Assembly (NCBI GenBank): GCA_032128375.1
Contig: JAQBGU010000107.1
Span: 85,210-149,209 of the forward strand
Direction: 5' to 3'
DNA: 64,000 nucleotides
Origin: Deltaproteobacteria bacterium
GTDB lineage: Bacteria > Myxococcota_A > UBA9160 > SMWR01
The notes under the pieces were generated by a model. It did no database searches, was not told the DNA's origin, and was given only the letters and a program-made list of their open reading frames with translations. Shown here piece after piece: positions 1 through 9,436 of the stretch (position 1 is the stretch's first letter; each line of letters starts with the position of its first letter). A program made the position numbers and the translations under genes.

Positions 1-1
1 C

Positions 2-286
2 GCGTATTTCCTGGGTGCGGGTCTGGTGCCCGAGGTTCGCCGCGCGGCCGAACAGGACATCGTCCGCTCCTACCACAACGCTCTGCAGTCGGCCGGAGTG
101 AAAGGCTACGACTGGCAGGACTGTTGGAACGACTACCGACGCGGCAGCTTCAGCGGCTTTGCGGTCACCATCATCGCGTCGATGATGGTCCAGCAGACAC
201 AGCGAGGTGACGAGATGTTCATCGCGATGGCCCGTCGCCACAGCCGCCACGCGCTCGACCTGAACGCACAGGAGTTTCTGGCCTAG
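2..286 (+). CDS. Phosphotransferase (APH/ecdysteroid-kinase-like) family protein, C-terminal part (5' truncated by window)
   Basis: Frame open from base 2 (AYFLGAGL..RRAAEQDIVRSYHNAL..YDWQDCWNDYRR), resembling the C-terminus of APH-like kinases. Confidence 0.6.
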   Translation, partial: AYFLGAGLVPEVRRAAEQDIVRSYHNALQSAGVKGYDWQDCWNDYRRGSFSGFAVTIIASMMVQQTQRGDEMFIAMARRHSRHALDLNAQEFLA

Positions 287-504
287 GAATCTGCGCGGCA
301 GAGCGCCAGCTCCAGCGTGCAGGCGACTCCGATGAAGAATGCGAAGACTTCGCCGCAGACTCTGCACGTTTTGCGCGCACGCAGGCGTTGGAGAATGCGG
401 CCGCCGGTTGTTTCAGACCGACTACGCGGTCGCAGGGTGACCATATCAGGCCGACACCGGCCAAGCCCAGCCGGGCCAGAGACCGGCCGAAGCCGAAACA
501 CCGC

Positions 505-1365
505 CTAGTTCATCAAAATCTCACCCGGAGTCATCTTGGCAGCGATCTCTTCGGGCGTCCAAAGGCCGCCGTCATCCGTCTTCGTTACACCCGTATGAGT
601 GACTACCTGCATTTCAGCGATGCGCCCGCCACCGACGAAGAAGGTCTTGCCCGAGTGATCCTTTGACAGGTCGCTCGCCAGGTAGGTCACCAACGGAGAC
701 ACGAGCCCCGGACTCATTCGGGCTTTCATCTTCTCGTCATTGAACCCAGGCAAATCGTCGGTCAGGCGGGTCACCGCGACCGGTGCGAGGATGAACGCCC
801 GGATGCCGTACTTCTTGCCCTCGATGGCAAGGCAGCGCGTAAAGCCGGCGATTCCAGCCTTCGCGGCGCCGTAGTTGCATTGGCCGAAGTTTCCATTCAG
901 CCCAGAGGTCGATGACGTGTTGATCACCACACCGCCCTGGTTGCGCTCCTTCATGTGGTTGTAGACCGCATGGGTCACGCAATAGGTTCCCTTCAGATGC
1001 ACGGCTACGACGATGTCCCACATATCTTCGCTGGTGTTCGCAAACGACTTGTCGCGCAGGATCCCGGCGTTGTTGACCAGGATGTCGACCTTGTCGAATG
1101 CATCGAGGCCGCTCTTCAGGATATTCTGGCCGCCTTCGACCGTGGCCACGTTGTCGTAATTCGCGACCGCCTCTCCACCGGCGGCCTTGATCTCGTCGAC
1201 TACCTGGTCGGCCATCGTGGCACCACCGCCAGACCCGTCGCGGGCCCCACCGAGGTCGTTGATCACCAGCGCCGCGCCCTGTTTCGCCATCGCAAGCGCG
1301 TGCTCTCGCCCGATGCCTCCGCCGCTTCCAGTGACAATCGCGACCTTTCCGTCAAGCAGTCCCAT
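505..1365 (-). CDS. Short-chain dehydrogenase/reductase (hydroxyacyl-CoA dehydrogenase/MFE-2 SDR-like)
   Basis: TGSGGGIG Rossmann motif, NNAGILRD, catalytic YGAAK; GGAGG-like RBS upstream. Confidence 0.92.
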   Translation of the reverse strand: MGLLDGKVAIVTGSGGGIGREHALAMAKQGAALVINDLGGARDGSGGGATMADQVVDEIKAAGGEAVANYDNVATVEGGQNILKSGLDAFDKVDILVNNAGILRDKSFANTSEDMWDIVVAVHLKGTYCVTHAVYNHMKERNQGGVVINTSSTSGLNGNFGQCNYGAAKAGIAGFTRCLAIEGKKYGIRAFILAPVAVTRLTDDLPGFNDEKMKARMSPGLVSPLVTYLASDLSKDHSGKTFFVGGGRIAEMQVVTHTGVTKTDDGGLWTPEEIAAKMTPGEILMN

Positions 1366-1466
1366 GGGGGGGTCCTCCGATCAGTTGGGTTTTTCAGTTG
1401 GTGTCAGTTGTTCTGATGACGCAGTGGATCTGCAAAAAAACAGGTGCGGACACTAGCACCACCCCC

Positions 1467-2318
1467 TCAGCTGAACAGGATGGTCCGAAGCTTTGTGAAG
1501 GGCTTGAAGCCGAGGCTCTCGTACAGCCGAGTCGCCGCGTCGTTGCCGTCGACAACAGCCAGTTGCACATGGTCCGCCCCGGCGGCGAACGCCTCGCGGC
1601 ACATTTCGGAGACTCCGAATGCCGCGAATCCCTGGCGGCGGTACTCAGGCCAGGTGTAGATCCCCTGCAACAGCCAGCCCTCCGAACGTTGTACGTCCGC
1701 GTATCCGACCATCCGCACGCGCCCGTCCAATTCCACGACCCGCGCACGGGGTATCCGCCCTCGAACCCAGCGCGAAAACCCCTTCTCGTCTCCAGAAAAC
1801 GGATCGGGACGACTCTCCTCGCGCAAGCTTTCGCGGGCCGCGATGACCAGATCGGCCAGATCACTGCGCCCTGCGGCGCGCCAGACTTCGCCAGACCGCG
1901 AGTCGACCAGCACTGCGTCCTTGCGCTTCAGCGAATACGCCGTCTCGATTCGGTCGATGAGTGAGCGCCGATAGAGGCGAAGTGCGAGGTGCCTCCACAG
2001 CTCGTCCACGATGGGCGCGTAGCTCTTCACCAGGCCGACTGAGAGACTCTCGAGGTATGGAAGCAACGCATGGATGGCTTCGTCGCCAGCATTCGCGTCC
2101 AGTACCACGCTCGGGCGCAGCCCGGCCATCGCGACGAGCTCGTCGTCTCGCCAGACGCCGACGAGCTCCGTTCGGCTCTCGCCGGCTTCCGGCCGGGTTC
2201 CCAACTTCGCGGTCAAATCGAGCAGGAACAGGTTCCCGACGGCGTCGCGGCCGAGGTAGCGCAAAGCCGCCTCGCGGTCCGCGATCTCGAGATATCTGGA
2301 CGCCAGCTGAGGAGTCAC
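1467..2318 (-). CDS. GNAT-family acetyltransferase (C-terminal GNAT domain)
   Basis: IYTWPEYRRQGFA acetyl-CoA motif A and N..A..LYESLGF motif B. Confidence 0.85.
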   Translation of the reverse strand: MTPQLASRYLEIADREAALRYLGRDAVGNLFLLDLTAKLGTRPEAGESRTELVGVWRDDELVAMAGLRPSVVLDANAGDEAIHALLPYLESLSVGLVKSYAPIVDELWRHLALRLYRRSLIDRIETAYSLKRKDAVLVDSRSGEVWRAAGRSDLADLVIAARESLREESRPDPFSGDEKGFSRWVRGRIPRARVVELDGRVRMVGYADVQRSEGWLLQGIYTWPEYRRQGFAAFGVSEMCREAFAAGADHVQLAVVDGNDAATRLYESLGFKPFTKLRTILFS

Positions 2319-2322
2319 CCGG

Positions 2323-2538
2323 TCACGTGATCATCGCGAGGATCATCCCTTCCTCGATGCTGTCGCCCTCAGCCACCCGAATTTCGCTGATCGTCCCCTG
2401 ACAGGGCGCCTCGACCGGAATTTCCATCTTCATGGACTCGATGATCATGATGACATCGTCAGTTTCGACCAAGTCCCCGACCGCCTTCTCAATCTTCCAC
2501 AGATTTCCGGCGATCTGCGCCTCCACCTCGGTGGCCAT
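2323..2538 (-). CDS. Stand-alone biotin/lipoyl carrier protein (71 aa)
   Basis: ESMKME biotinylation motif, GD..EEG beta-turns, GAGGAG RBS. Confidence 0.88.
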   Translation of the reverse strand: MATEVEAQIAGNLWKIEKAVGDLVETDDVIMIIESMKMEIPVEAPCQGTISEIRVAEGDSIEEGMILAMIT

Positions 2539-2748
2539 CTACGCTCCTCGCTTTCCACAAGCTGGCTCGGGTCGGATCGCACCCGCCAGCGCCCGCGAGG
2601 CATCGCGGACCCTACCATGGTGCACACGCTCGGGTGGCTGGGCAAGCCGGGCGGCCATCCCGGCCAGAACGTTCCCGTGATTGGGCGAGCGCGGGGGTTC
2701 TTCACAGCCGCTGGCATCCGCTATTCTCGCCGCCTTCCGGAGATCTGA

Positions 2749-4245
2749 GTGCTCGAAACCCTGACCCGAGGCTTCACCTCCGCCCGCGAAAAACTGGGCG
2801 GCGTTCGCGAACTGACGGACGAGAACGTCGACCAATCGCTTCGCGACGTTCGAAGCTCGCTGCTCGAGGCGGACGTCGACCTCAAGGTGGCTCGCGATTT
2901 TCTGGCGCGCGTCAAGCAGCGCTCTCTCGGCGAGAAGGTCGCGACGCGGGCGAAAGATGGGTCCGGGCGCAAGATCCGAGTCACCCCCGGCCAACATTTC
3001 ATCAAGATCTGCGAAGAAGAGCTGATCTCGCTGATGGGCCCCGTCGAGACGTCACTGGCACAGACCAACGGTGTCACGTCGCTGATGCTGGTGGGACTTC
3101 AAGGCGTAGGAAAGACGACTATCGCGGCAAAGCTGGCGCGGCATCTGCAGAAGCAAAACCGGCGCCCGCTGCTGGTTGCAGCCGACATCTATCGCCCTGC
3201 GGCGGTATTGCAGTTGCAACAGCTCGGGGGCCGAATCGCCGTCGAGGTACATGTCGGTGACGACGGCGAACAACCCGCCTCGATCTGCCGCAACGCCAAG
3301 CAGCGGGCCAGGCGCGAAGGCTTCGACGCCATCATCTACGACACGGCCGGCCGGCTCGCGATCGATTCCGAACTGATGGCCGAGCTGACATCCATCACCG
3401 AGGCCACCTCGCCGGCGAATACGCTGCTGGTCTGCGACGCACTGATGGGGCGAGACGCGGTCAATACCGCGCAGTCATTCAGCCAGCAGCTCAATATCGA
3501 TGGCTTGATCCTCACGAAACTAGACGGCGACGCGCGCGGGGGGGCGGCGCTTGCGATCAAAGCCGTCACCGGAGTGCCGATCAAGTTTCTCGGCACCGGC
3601 GAGGCGATCGACAGACTGGAGCCGTTCCGGCCCGAGGGCCTCGCGTCGCGAATCCTCGGGATGGGCGACATTGTCGGACTCGTCAAAGATTTCGAAGAGA
3701 TCGTCGACGAAAAGGAAGCAGAGGAGGACGCCGAGAGGCTGCTGAAAGGGAAATTCGGACTCGACGATCTGCTCAAGCAACTCCGGACGATCCAGAAGAT
3801 GGGCTCGCTTCGCGATGTGTTTGCGAAGCTCCCCGTGTTCGGCTCAATGGCAGACCAGGTCGACGAGAATGAGCTCGGCCGCGTCGAGGCGCTGATTCAA
3901 TCGATGACCCCGGCCGAGCGCGCCAAGCCGGACACGATCGACAAGAGCCGGATGACGCGAATCGCCAAAGGGAGCGGTCGGCGATCCAAGGACGTACGCG
4001 ACCTCTTGAACCGCTTCGGCCAGATGCGAACGATGATGGCCGAACTCGGCAGCGGCGGCGGAATGCTCGGAAAGATCCCCGGTATGGGGCGATTCGCCGG
4101 TGCCGGCGGGATGAACCCCACAGCGCTACTCGGCCCGCCAGCAGGGAGCCAGAAAATTCAGCGCCAAGCTGCGGGTGCGAAGAATCGGCAGAAGGGCAAG
4201 CGAAAGGATGCCCGCAAGGCGCGCAAGAAGAATCGAAAACGCTGA
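2749..4245 (+). CDS. ffh: Signal recognition particle protein
   Basis: LLEADV, GLQGVGKTT, DTAGR and TKLDGDARGG GTPase motifs; Met-rich M domain with SMTPAER. Confidence 0.95.
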   Translation: MLETLTRGFTSAREKLGGVRELTDENVDQSLRDVRSSLLEADVDLKVARDFLARVKQRSLGEKVATRAKDGSGRKIRVTPGQHFIKICEEELISLMGPVETSLAQTNGVTSLMLVGLQGVGKTTIAAKLARHLQKQNRRPLLVAADIYRPAAVLQLQQLGGRIAVEVHVGDDGEQPASICRNAKQRARREGFDAIIYDTAGRLAIDSELMAELTSITEATSPANTLLVCDALMGRDAVNTAQSFSQQLNIDGLILTKLDGDARGGAALAIKAVTGVPIKFLGTGEAIDRLEPFRPEGLASRILGMGDIVGLVKDFEEIVDEKEAEEDAERLLKGKFGLDDLLKQLRTIQKMGSLRDVFAKLPVFGSMADQVDENELGRVEALIQSMTPAERAKPDTIDKSRMTRIAKGSGRRSKDVRDLLNRFGQMRTMMAELGSGGGMLGKIPGMGRFAGAGGMNPTALLGPPAGSQKIQRQAAGAKNRQKGKRKDARKARKKNRKR

Positions 4246-4387
4246 CGACCGGGTCTCGCGCTATCTTCTGGCCGAGGCTGAAGTCCTGGGTTGGACCCCC
4301 TACCCCGCGGGACAAGCCCGCCAGAACTCGACACCGAACGCAGGAACCGAAAGTTCCACACTGAATTTGCCGATCTACGATCTAACC

Positions 4388-6694
4388 ATGCATGCCATCC
4401 GACTTCTCGTTCTTCCAGCCCTGATCCTCATCGCCGCGGCAGCCTCTGCTTCGAACCAGATTCCGAGACCCGCCGGGCTCGAACCGCAGGTCCGGTTCTG
4501 GACCCGCATCTATTCCGAGGTCGACCAGCGCGGCGGATTGATTCACGACTCGGTCCACCTCGATGTCGTCTACGAAGCGATCCGGATCCCGGACGGCCTC
4601 AGCAGCCACTCTCGGGAACGCCGAATCCAGCGCGCAAAAGACGGCTACGAGGCGATCCTTCGACGGCTCGCGCGGGGTACCCGAACCGGGCTGAATCCGG
4701 AAGAAGCGCGTGTGCTGGCACTCTGGCCCGAGGGCGTTTCGAACGCGACCCTGCGGTCCGCGGCTTCGCAACTGCGTTTCCAACTGGGACAAGCCGATCG
4801 CTTCCGCGCGGGATTGATCAGGGCGGGACGCTGGCAAGCGCACATTGTGGCGATGCTGCGAAAACACAGAGTGCCGCTGGAACTCGCCGCGCTTCCGCAA
4901 GTGGAATCGTCGTTCAATCCAGCTGCGTACTCGAGCGTCGGTGCCGCCGGGTTGTGGCAGTTCACCCGATCGACGGGTCGCCTGTTCATGCGCGTCGACA
5001 GCGTTGTCGACGAGCGCATGGATCCGTTTGTCGCGAGCGAAGGCGCCGCTCGACTGCTGCGCTCAAACTTCGATTCACTCGGCAGCTGGCCGCTCGCGAT
5101 CACAGCCTACAACCACGGGGTTGGCGGAATGAAAGGCGCGATACGCCAGCTCGGCACAACGGACATTTCAGTCATCGTAAAGAAGTACAGATCTCGTTCG
5201 TTCGGCTTCGCGTCGCGCAACTTCTACGCAGAATTTCTGGCCGCGCTCGATGTCGATCACAGCGCGGAGCGCTTCTTTGGTCCAACCGACCCGGATTCGC
5301 CGGTGCGCTACGACACCGTCACGCTTGATCACTACTACACGGCCAGCGCCATCGAGAGTGCCCTCGGCATCGACCCGACGACGCTGCGCGAACACAATCA
5401 ATCGCTGCGACCCTCAGTGTGGAACGGCGCAAAGTATCTGCCTCGTGGCTTTGCGCTGCGAATTCCGAGAGGTGCCGCTTCCAAGAGCGTCGCGGTTGCG
5501 ATCGCTTCGATCTCGCCTTCGCAGCGATTTTCCGAACAGCACCGGGACCGTTTTCACAAAGTGCAGCGCGGCGACAGCCTGTCGAAAATCGCCCGGCACT
5601 ACCACGTCAGCGAGCGCGACCTGATGGGCCTGAACAACCTGTCCAGCCGAAACCGCATCCGCGCCGGCCAGGTCCTGACATTGCCCGATCGGCCGGGGAC
5701 ACACGCCCCCGTCTCCGTTGCACGAATGGACGCACCCGCGGATGGGAGCTACCAGGTTCGTCGCGGTGACACCATTTCGACGATTGCGGGACGTTTCGGG
5801 CTGACCGAATCGAAGCTGGTGGCGCAGAACGGCCTGCGCAATCGCAACCAGATTTCGGTTGGCCAGCGATTGCGCGTAGCGAATGGCGAATCAGCGCCGA
5901 AACCAACCGCGGCCCCCAACCCAGCAGGCGCGCATGAGACAGCTCTTGTGAAGAAAATGCCGGACGAGACTGTGGCGGCGAACGCCCCTCCGTCTCGCGC
6001 ATCTGAGTTGCGGGAGACCACCACGACTCCTGCATCCGACGTCTCCAAACCGGATGCGCTGATCGCCTCACTCGACCCGGCCCCCAGCGAAGCCGCCTTG
6101 TCCGCCAACACGCAGCCTCCAACGCGAGACCCAAAAACGCAAGACCCGGAAACGAGCATTCCGTCTGTGCCAAACCAGGTCATCGGCTATTCGGATCCGA
6201 TCGCCGCTCCAGAATATCTCGAAGAAACACCCGTCGGCTCGTCGCCGGTCATTCCCGCCGTCGATCCCTCGGACTACTCGGTGACAGGATCTGGTCAGAT
6301 CACCGTCCAGGCCGCAGAAACGCTCGGCCACTATGCGGAATGGCTCGACGTCCCCACCCACCGACTGCGTCAGCTCAACGGCATGAAGTACGGCGCTCCT
6401 GTCGTGATCGGCCGACAGAAGAAGCTCGATTTCTCCCGCGTCACGCCCTCAGCCTTCGAGGAATTGCGCTTGGACTACCACCGCTCCATTCAGGAGTCGT
6501 TCTACGACGCCTATGACGTCACCGGCACCGACGCCCACGTGCTGCGAAAGGGCGACACGCTGTGGCAGCTGGCCGAGCGCGAGTACCGGCTACCGGTGTG
6601 GCTGCTGCGCCACTACAACCCGACGCTCGACTTCGGCGCGCTTCAGTCGGGAACGAAGATGATCATTCCGCGCATCTCGCCCAGAACCAGCTGA
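4388..6694 (+). CDS. Membrane-bound lytic murein transglycosylase D-like protein with LysM repeats
   Basis: Signal peptide after ATG 4388; SLT motifs VESSFNP, GAAGLWQF, AYNHG; LysM repeats HKVQRGDSL, YQVRRGDTI, HVLRKGDTL. Confidence 0.9.
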   Translation: MHAIRLLVLPALILIAAAASASNQIPRPAGLEPQVRFWTRIYSEVDQRGGLIHDSVHLDVVYEAIRIPDGLSSHSRERRIQRAKDGYEAILRRLARGTRTGLNPEEARVLALWPEGVSNATLRSAASQLRFQLGQADRFRAGLIRAGRWQAHIVAMLRKHRVPLELAALPQVESSFNPAAYSSVGAAGLWQFTRSTGRLFMRVDSVVDERMDPFVASEGAARLLRSNFDSLGSWPLAITAYNHGVGGMKGAIRQLGTTDISVIVKKYRSRSFGFASRNFYAEFLAALDVDHSAERFFGPTDPDSPVRYDTVTLDHYYTASAIESALGIDPTTLREHNQSLRPSVWNGAKYLPRGFALRIPRGAASKSVAVAIASISPSQRFSEQHRDRFHKVQRGDSLSKIARHYHVSERDLMGLNNLSSRNRIRAGQVLTLPDRPGTHAPVSVARMDAPADGSYQVRRGDTISTIAGRFGLTESKLVAQNGLRNRNQISVGQRLRVANGESAPKPTAAPNPAGAHETALVKKMPDETVAANAPPSRASELRETTTTPASDVSKPDALIASLDPAPSEAALSANTQPPTRDPKTQDPETSIPSVPNQVIGYSDPIAAPEYLEETPVGSSPVIPAVDPSDYSVTGSGQITVQAAETLGHYAEWLDVPTHRLRQLNGMKYGAPVVIGRQKKLDFSRVTPSAFEELRLDYHRSIQESFYDAYDVTGTDAHVLRKGDTLWQLAEREYRLPVWLLRHYNPTLDFGALQSGTKMIIPRISPRTS

Positions 6695-6707
6695 GACCTC
6701 ACCCCGT

Positions 6708-7382
6708 CTACACCTGGAAGAGTGTTTCATCCGGGAGCCTGATCGCGGTGAGCTTTCCGCCGTAGACCGCGCCGGTATCGATGCCGATGCTGAACGGAGA
6801 ATTCCAGCGGACTTCCAGGTCATTGGCAGGCGTGTGTCCGTAGACGATCGTGATACCCAGTTTGTGCGGCATATCCGCCGTGGTCCGGTTCCACAGAATG
6901 TCTTCGGCAGCGGCTTTGCGCAGCGCGAAGTCGACGTCGTCACATTCGAGCGCGGCGCGGCTGAGGCCGGCGTGTACGAACAGGTAATCGCCATCGCGAT
7001 GGTGAAGTTTGAGGCCTTGGAAGAACTTCGTGTGTGACGCGGGCAGCTGAAACTCCGAGGGATCCAGATCCGAAGCGAAGTACTCGTAGGAGACCAGCGT
7101 CCGGTCTCCCCCGTTCATCAAGAAGGCGTCGCCGGCGAAGCAATTCGAATCGGTCCAGCCGAGGAAGTCGAGAAACATCGACTCGTGGTTGCCGATCAGA
7201 AACGTGCAGGGCCACTCACTTTCGAGCCGAATCAACCGGTCGATGACACCCCGTGAGTCCGGGCCCCGATCCACGTAGTCGCCCATGAAGACCAGCCGGT
7301 CATCGGCGCGAAGAGGCAGCGCCGCGAGCAACTCATCCAATCTCTCGCGTTCACCGTGGATGTCACCGATCGCGTACAGCAC
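6708..7382 (-). CDS. Ser/Thr protein phosphatase-family metallophosphoesterase
   Basis: GDIHG, GDYVDRG, GNHE, HAG, GHT and IDTGA motifs. Confidence 0.92.
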   Translation of the reverse strand: MLYAIGDIHGERERLDELLAALPLRADDRLVFMGDYVDRGPDSRGVIDRLIRLESEWPCTFLIGNHESMFLDFLGWTDSNCFAGDAFLMNGGDRTLVSYEYFASDLDPSEFQLPASHTKFFQGLKLHHRDGDYLFVHAGLSRAALECDDVDFALRKAAAEDILWNRTTADMPHKLGITIVYGHTPANDLEVRWNSPFSIGIDTGAVYGGKLTAIRLPDETLFQV

Positions 7383-7442
7383 GAATTATCGAATCCTCAC
7401 GAGGGAACGTTGCCGAACGTTCGACCCGACGCTTAGCAAAGA

Positions 7443-8531
7443 TCATGCGTCCTGAACCTTCATCGACTCTGCATGAGATGGACTGGATCCCCCAGACAGG
7501 GACCGGCGCAATGCCAGCTGCCCGCAAGCCGCTCCGATATCGTCCCCACGGCTTCGCCGCAGAGTCACCCTCATGCCCGCATTCGCCAAAACCCGAAGGA
7601 ATGCATCGATCGTGTCGGGTCCGGGTGGGCGGTAGGGCGAGTCGGGATGCGGATTCATCGGGATCAGATTCACCTTGCACGGGATCCCACGCAGCAACCG
7701 GGGCAGTCTGCGCGCATCTTCGACCGAGTCGTTTACCCCCTCGATCAGCGTGTACTCGAAAAACACCGGGCGCCGCGCGTTCACTTCGTCGAGTGAGCGC
7801 AGCTCATCCAACAGCGAACCGAGCGGAAACTTCCGATTGAGTGGCACCAGCCTGTCGCGCGTCACGTCTGTCGTCGCGTGAAGCGAAACGGCCAAGTGGA
7901 TCGGTGCAATCTCGAGCAGCTCCCGAATTTTCGGAACCACGCCGACCGTGGATACAGTAATCCGCCTTGGTGCAAAACCAAACGCTTTCGGATGCACCAG
8001 AATCCGCACGGCCGAGCGAACGGCGTCGAGGTTGAGCAGCGGTTCCCCCATACCCATGAACACGATGTTCGTGATCCTGCAGGGGAGCTCGAGCACCACG
8101 CGCATCCGACAGACCTGGTCGATGATCTCCGCGGTCGTGAGATTGCGTACAAAGCCCATCGCGCCAGTCGCACAAAACGTACAGGCCATTGCGCAGCCGA
8201 CCTGTGTGGAGACACATAGTGTCGTGCGAGCCGGCTCGGGAATCAGTACCGCCTCGATTCGTGTCTCGTCCGCAGCTCGAAGAATGGCCTTGACGGTACC
8301 GTCATTCGAGCGGTCGATGCGCTCGACCTCGAGCGATCGAGTCTGCCACTCGAGCGCCAGCTTCTCGCGAAGGGCGAGGTCGAGGTTGGTCATCTCCGCC
8401 AGCTCCTCGACCCCTTGCCGGTACAGCCAACCCAGGACCTGATCGGCTCGGTAGGGCGCGATCCCCCGCGCCGAGAACAGCTCGCGCAGTCGTTCGGGGG
8501 TGTGGTCTTTGATCTGGTCTAGCTCGGACAT
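7443..8531 (-). CDS. rlmN: 23S rRNA m2A2503/tRNA m2A37 radical SAM methyltransferase
   Basis: CVSTQVGCAMACTFC, MGMGEP, SLHA and AACGQL motifs. Confidence 0.95.
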   Translation of the reverse strand: MSELDQIKDHTPERLRELFSARGIAPYRADQVLGWLYRQGVEELAEMTNLDLALREKLALEWQTRSLEVERIDRSNDGTVKAILRAADETRIEAVLIPEPARTTLCVSTQVGCAMACTFCATGAMGFVRNLTTAEIIDQVCRMRVVLELPCRITNIVFMGMGEPLLNLDAVRSAVRILVHPKAFGFAPRRITVSTVGVVPKIRELLEIAPIHLAVSLHATTDVTRDRLVPLNRKFPLGSLLDELRSLDEVNARRPVFFEYTLIEGVNDSVEDARRLPRLLRGIPCKVNLIPMNPHPDSPYRPPGPDTIDAFLRVLANAGMRVTLRRSRGDDIGAACGQLALRRSLSGGSSPSHAESMKVQDA

Positions 8532-9244
8532 GAGTTCGGCGATCGTGTGACGGGTGGGTTACGGGGTTGTCTCGGAGTTGATCGAGGTGTTTCCGGGACA
8601 CAATCCCCATCCCGAAAGTACTCGAAGTAGAAACATCTGCAGCCCTGCCCTCGCCATTCGCGCTCGAACAGCGTCCGCGGCGAAGCCGAGCGCTGGCGTC
8701 GATAGCGATCCGGCGCATACGCGTTGCGTAGTCCTCGGGCTCGCGTGAGCACGTCATCGATGATTCGAGCGTAGTCCGAATCGTCGGTCGCAATCTGGAT
8801 GGAGCCACCCGGCGAAAGCTTCTGCGTCAGATCATGGACGAATCGGGGAGTGACCAATCGGCGACGCCGGTGGTGCCGCTTCGGCCACGGATCGGGAAAG
8901 TTGATCCAGAACGATTCGACCGAGGCGTCCTCGAAAGCCTCGCGAACCGCCCATTCCGCAGCGGTTCCGATCAATCGAACGTTGCGGATCGGTGCTTTGG
9001 ACAAGCGGCGAGTCAGCTTCAAAACCCGGTCGAAGACGAGTTCAATTCCGACGAACGCCCGTTCGGGGTGACGCTGAGCCAGATCGATCAGGAACTCGCC
9101 ACCACCAAAACCGACGTCGACGTGAAGCTGCAGCGGCGCATCGGCGGGCGCCGCGAAAATTTTCGTCCATTCGGCGCCGGCTGCTTCGATCGGCCACAGT
9201 CGCCAGTCGTCACCAGCCACCTCTTTTTTGATGGTTCGAGACAT
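8519..9244 (-). CDS. trmB: tRNA (guanine-N7)-methyltransferase
   Basis: DVGFGGG SAM motif, NFPDPWPKRHHRRRRLV, IATD. Confidence 0.9.
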   Translation of the reverse strand: MSRTIKKEVAGDDWRLWPIEAAGAEWTKIFAAPADAPLQLHVDVGFGGGEFLIDLAQRHPERAFVGIELVFDRVLKLTRRLSKAPIRNVRLIGTAAEWAVREAFEDASVESFWINFPDPWPKRHHRRRRLVTPRFVHDLTQKLSPGGSIQIATDDSDYARIIDDVLTRARGLRNAYAPDRYRRQRSASPRTLFEREWRGQGCRCFYFEYFRDGDCVPETPRSTPRQPRNPPVTRSPNSCPS

Positions 9245-9436
9245 CAGCAGAGAGCTCGAGAAATGTCAGGCGCTGAGCCCGACAATGCTGTTGTCGCGCG
9301 ACAGCACACGAGACCGAACACCCAATACGCGCCAATCAAGCAGCCCGATCCGTCCTCGGACATGTCGGACACGTCAGACACCTCAAAAGCGCCAGCCACG
9401 CCACGGCAACGAAGAGCGAGCACAGCGAAATCGCCG

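Noticed and set aside
283..501. Small minus-strand ORF with CxxC and a hydrophobic tail between convergent genes
   Set aside because: No recognisable family or clear RBS, and competing ORFs on both strands; cannot support
2539..2748. SRP RNA (ffs) upstream of ffh
   Set aside because: No CAGG..GNRA..AGCAG domain IV signature seen on either strand
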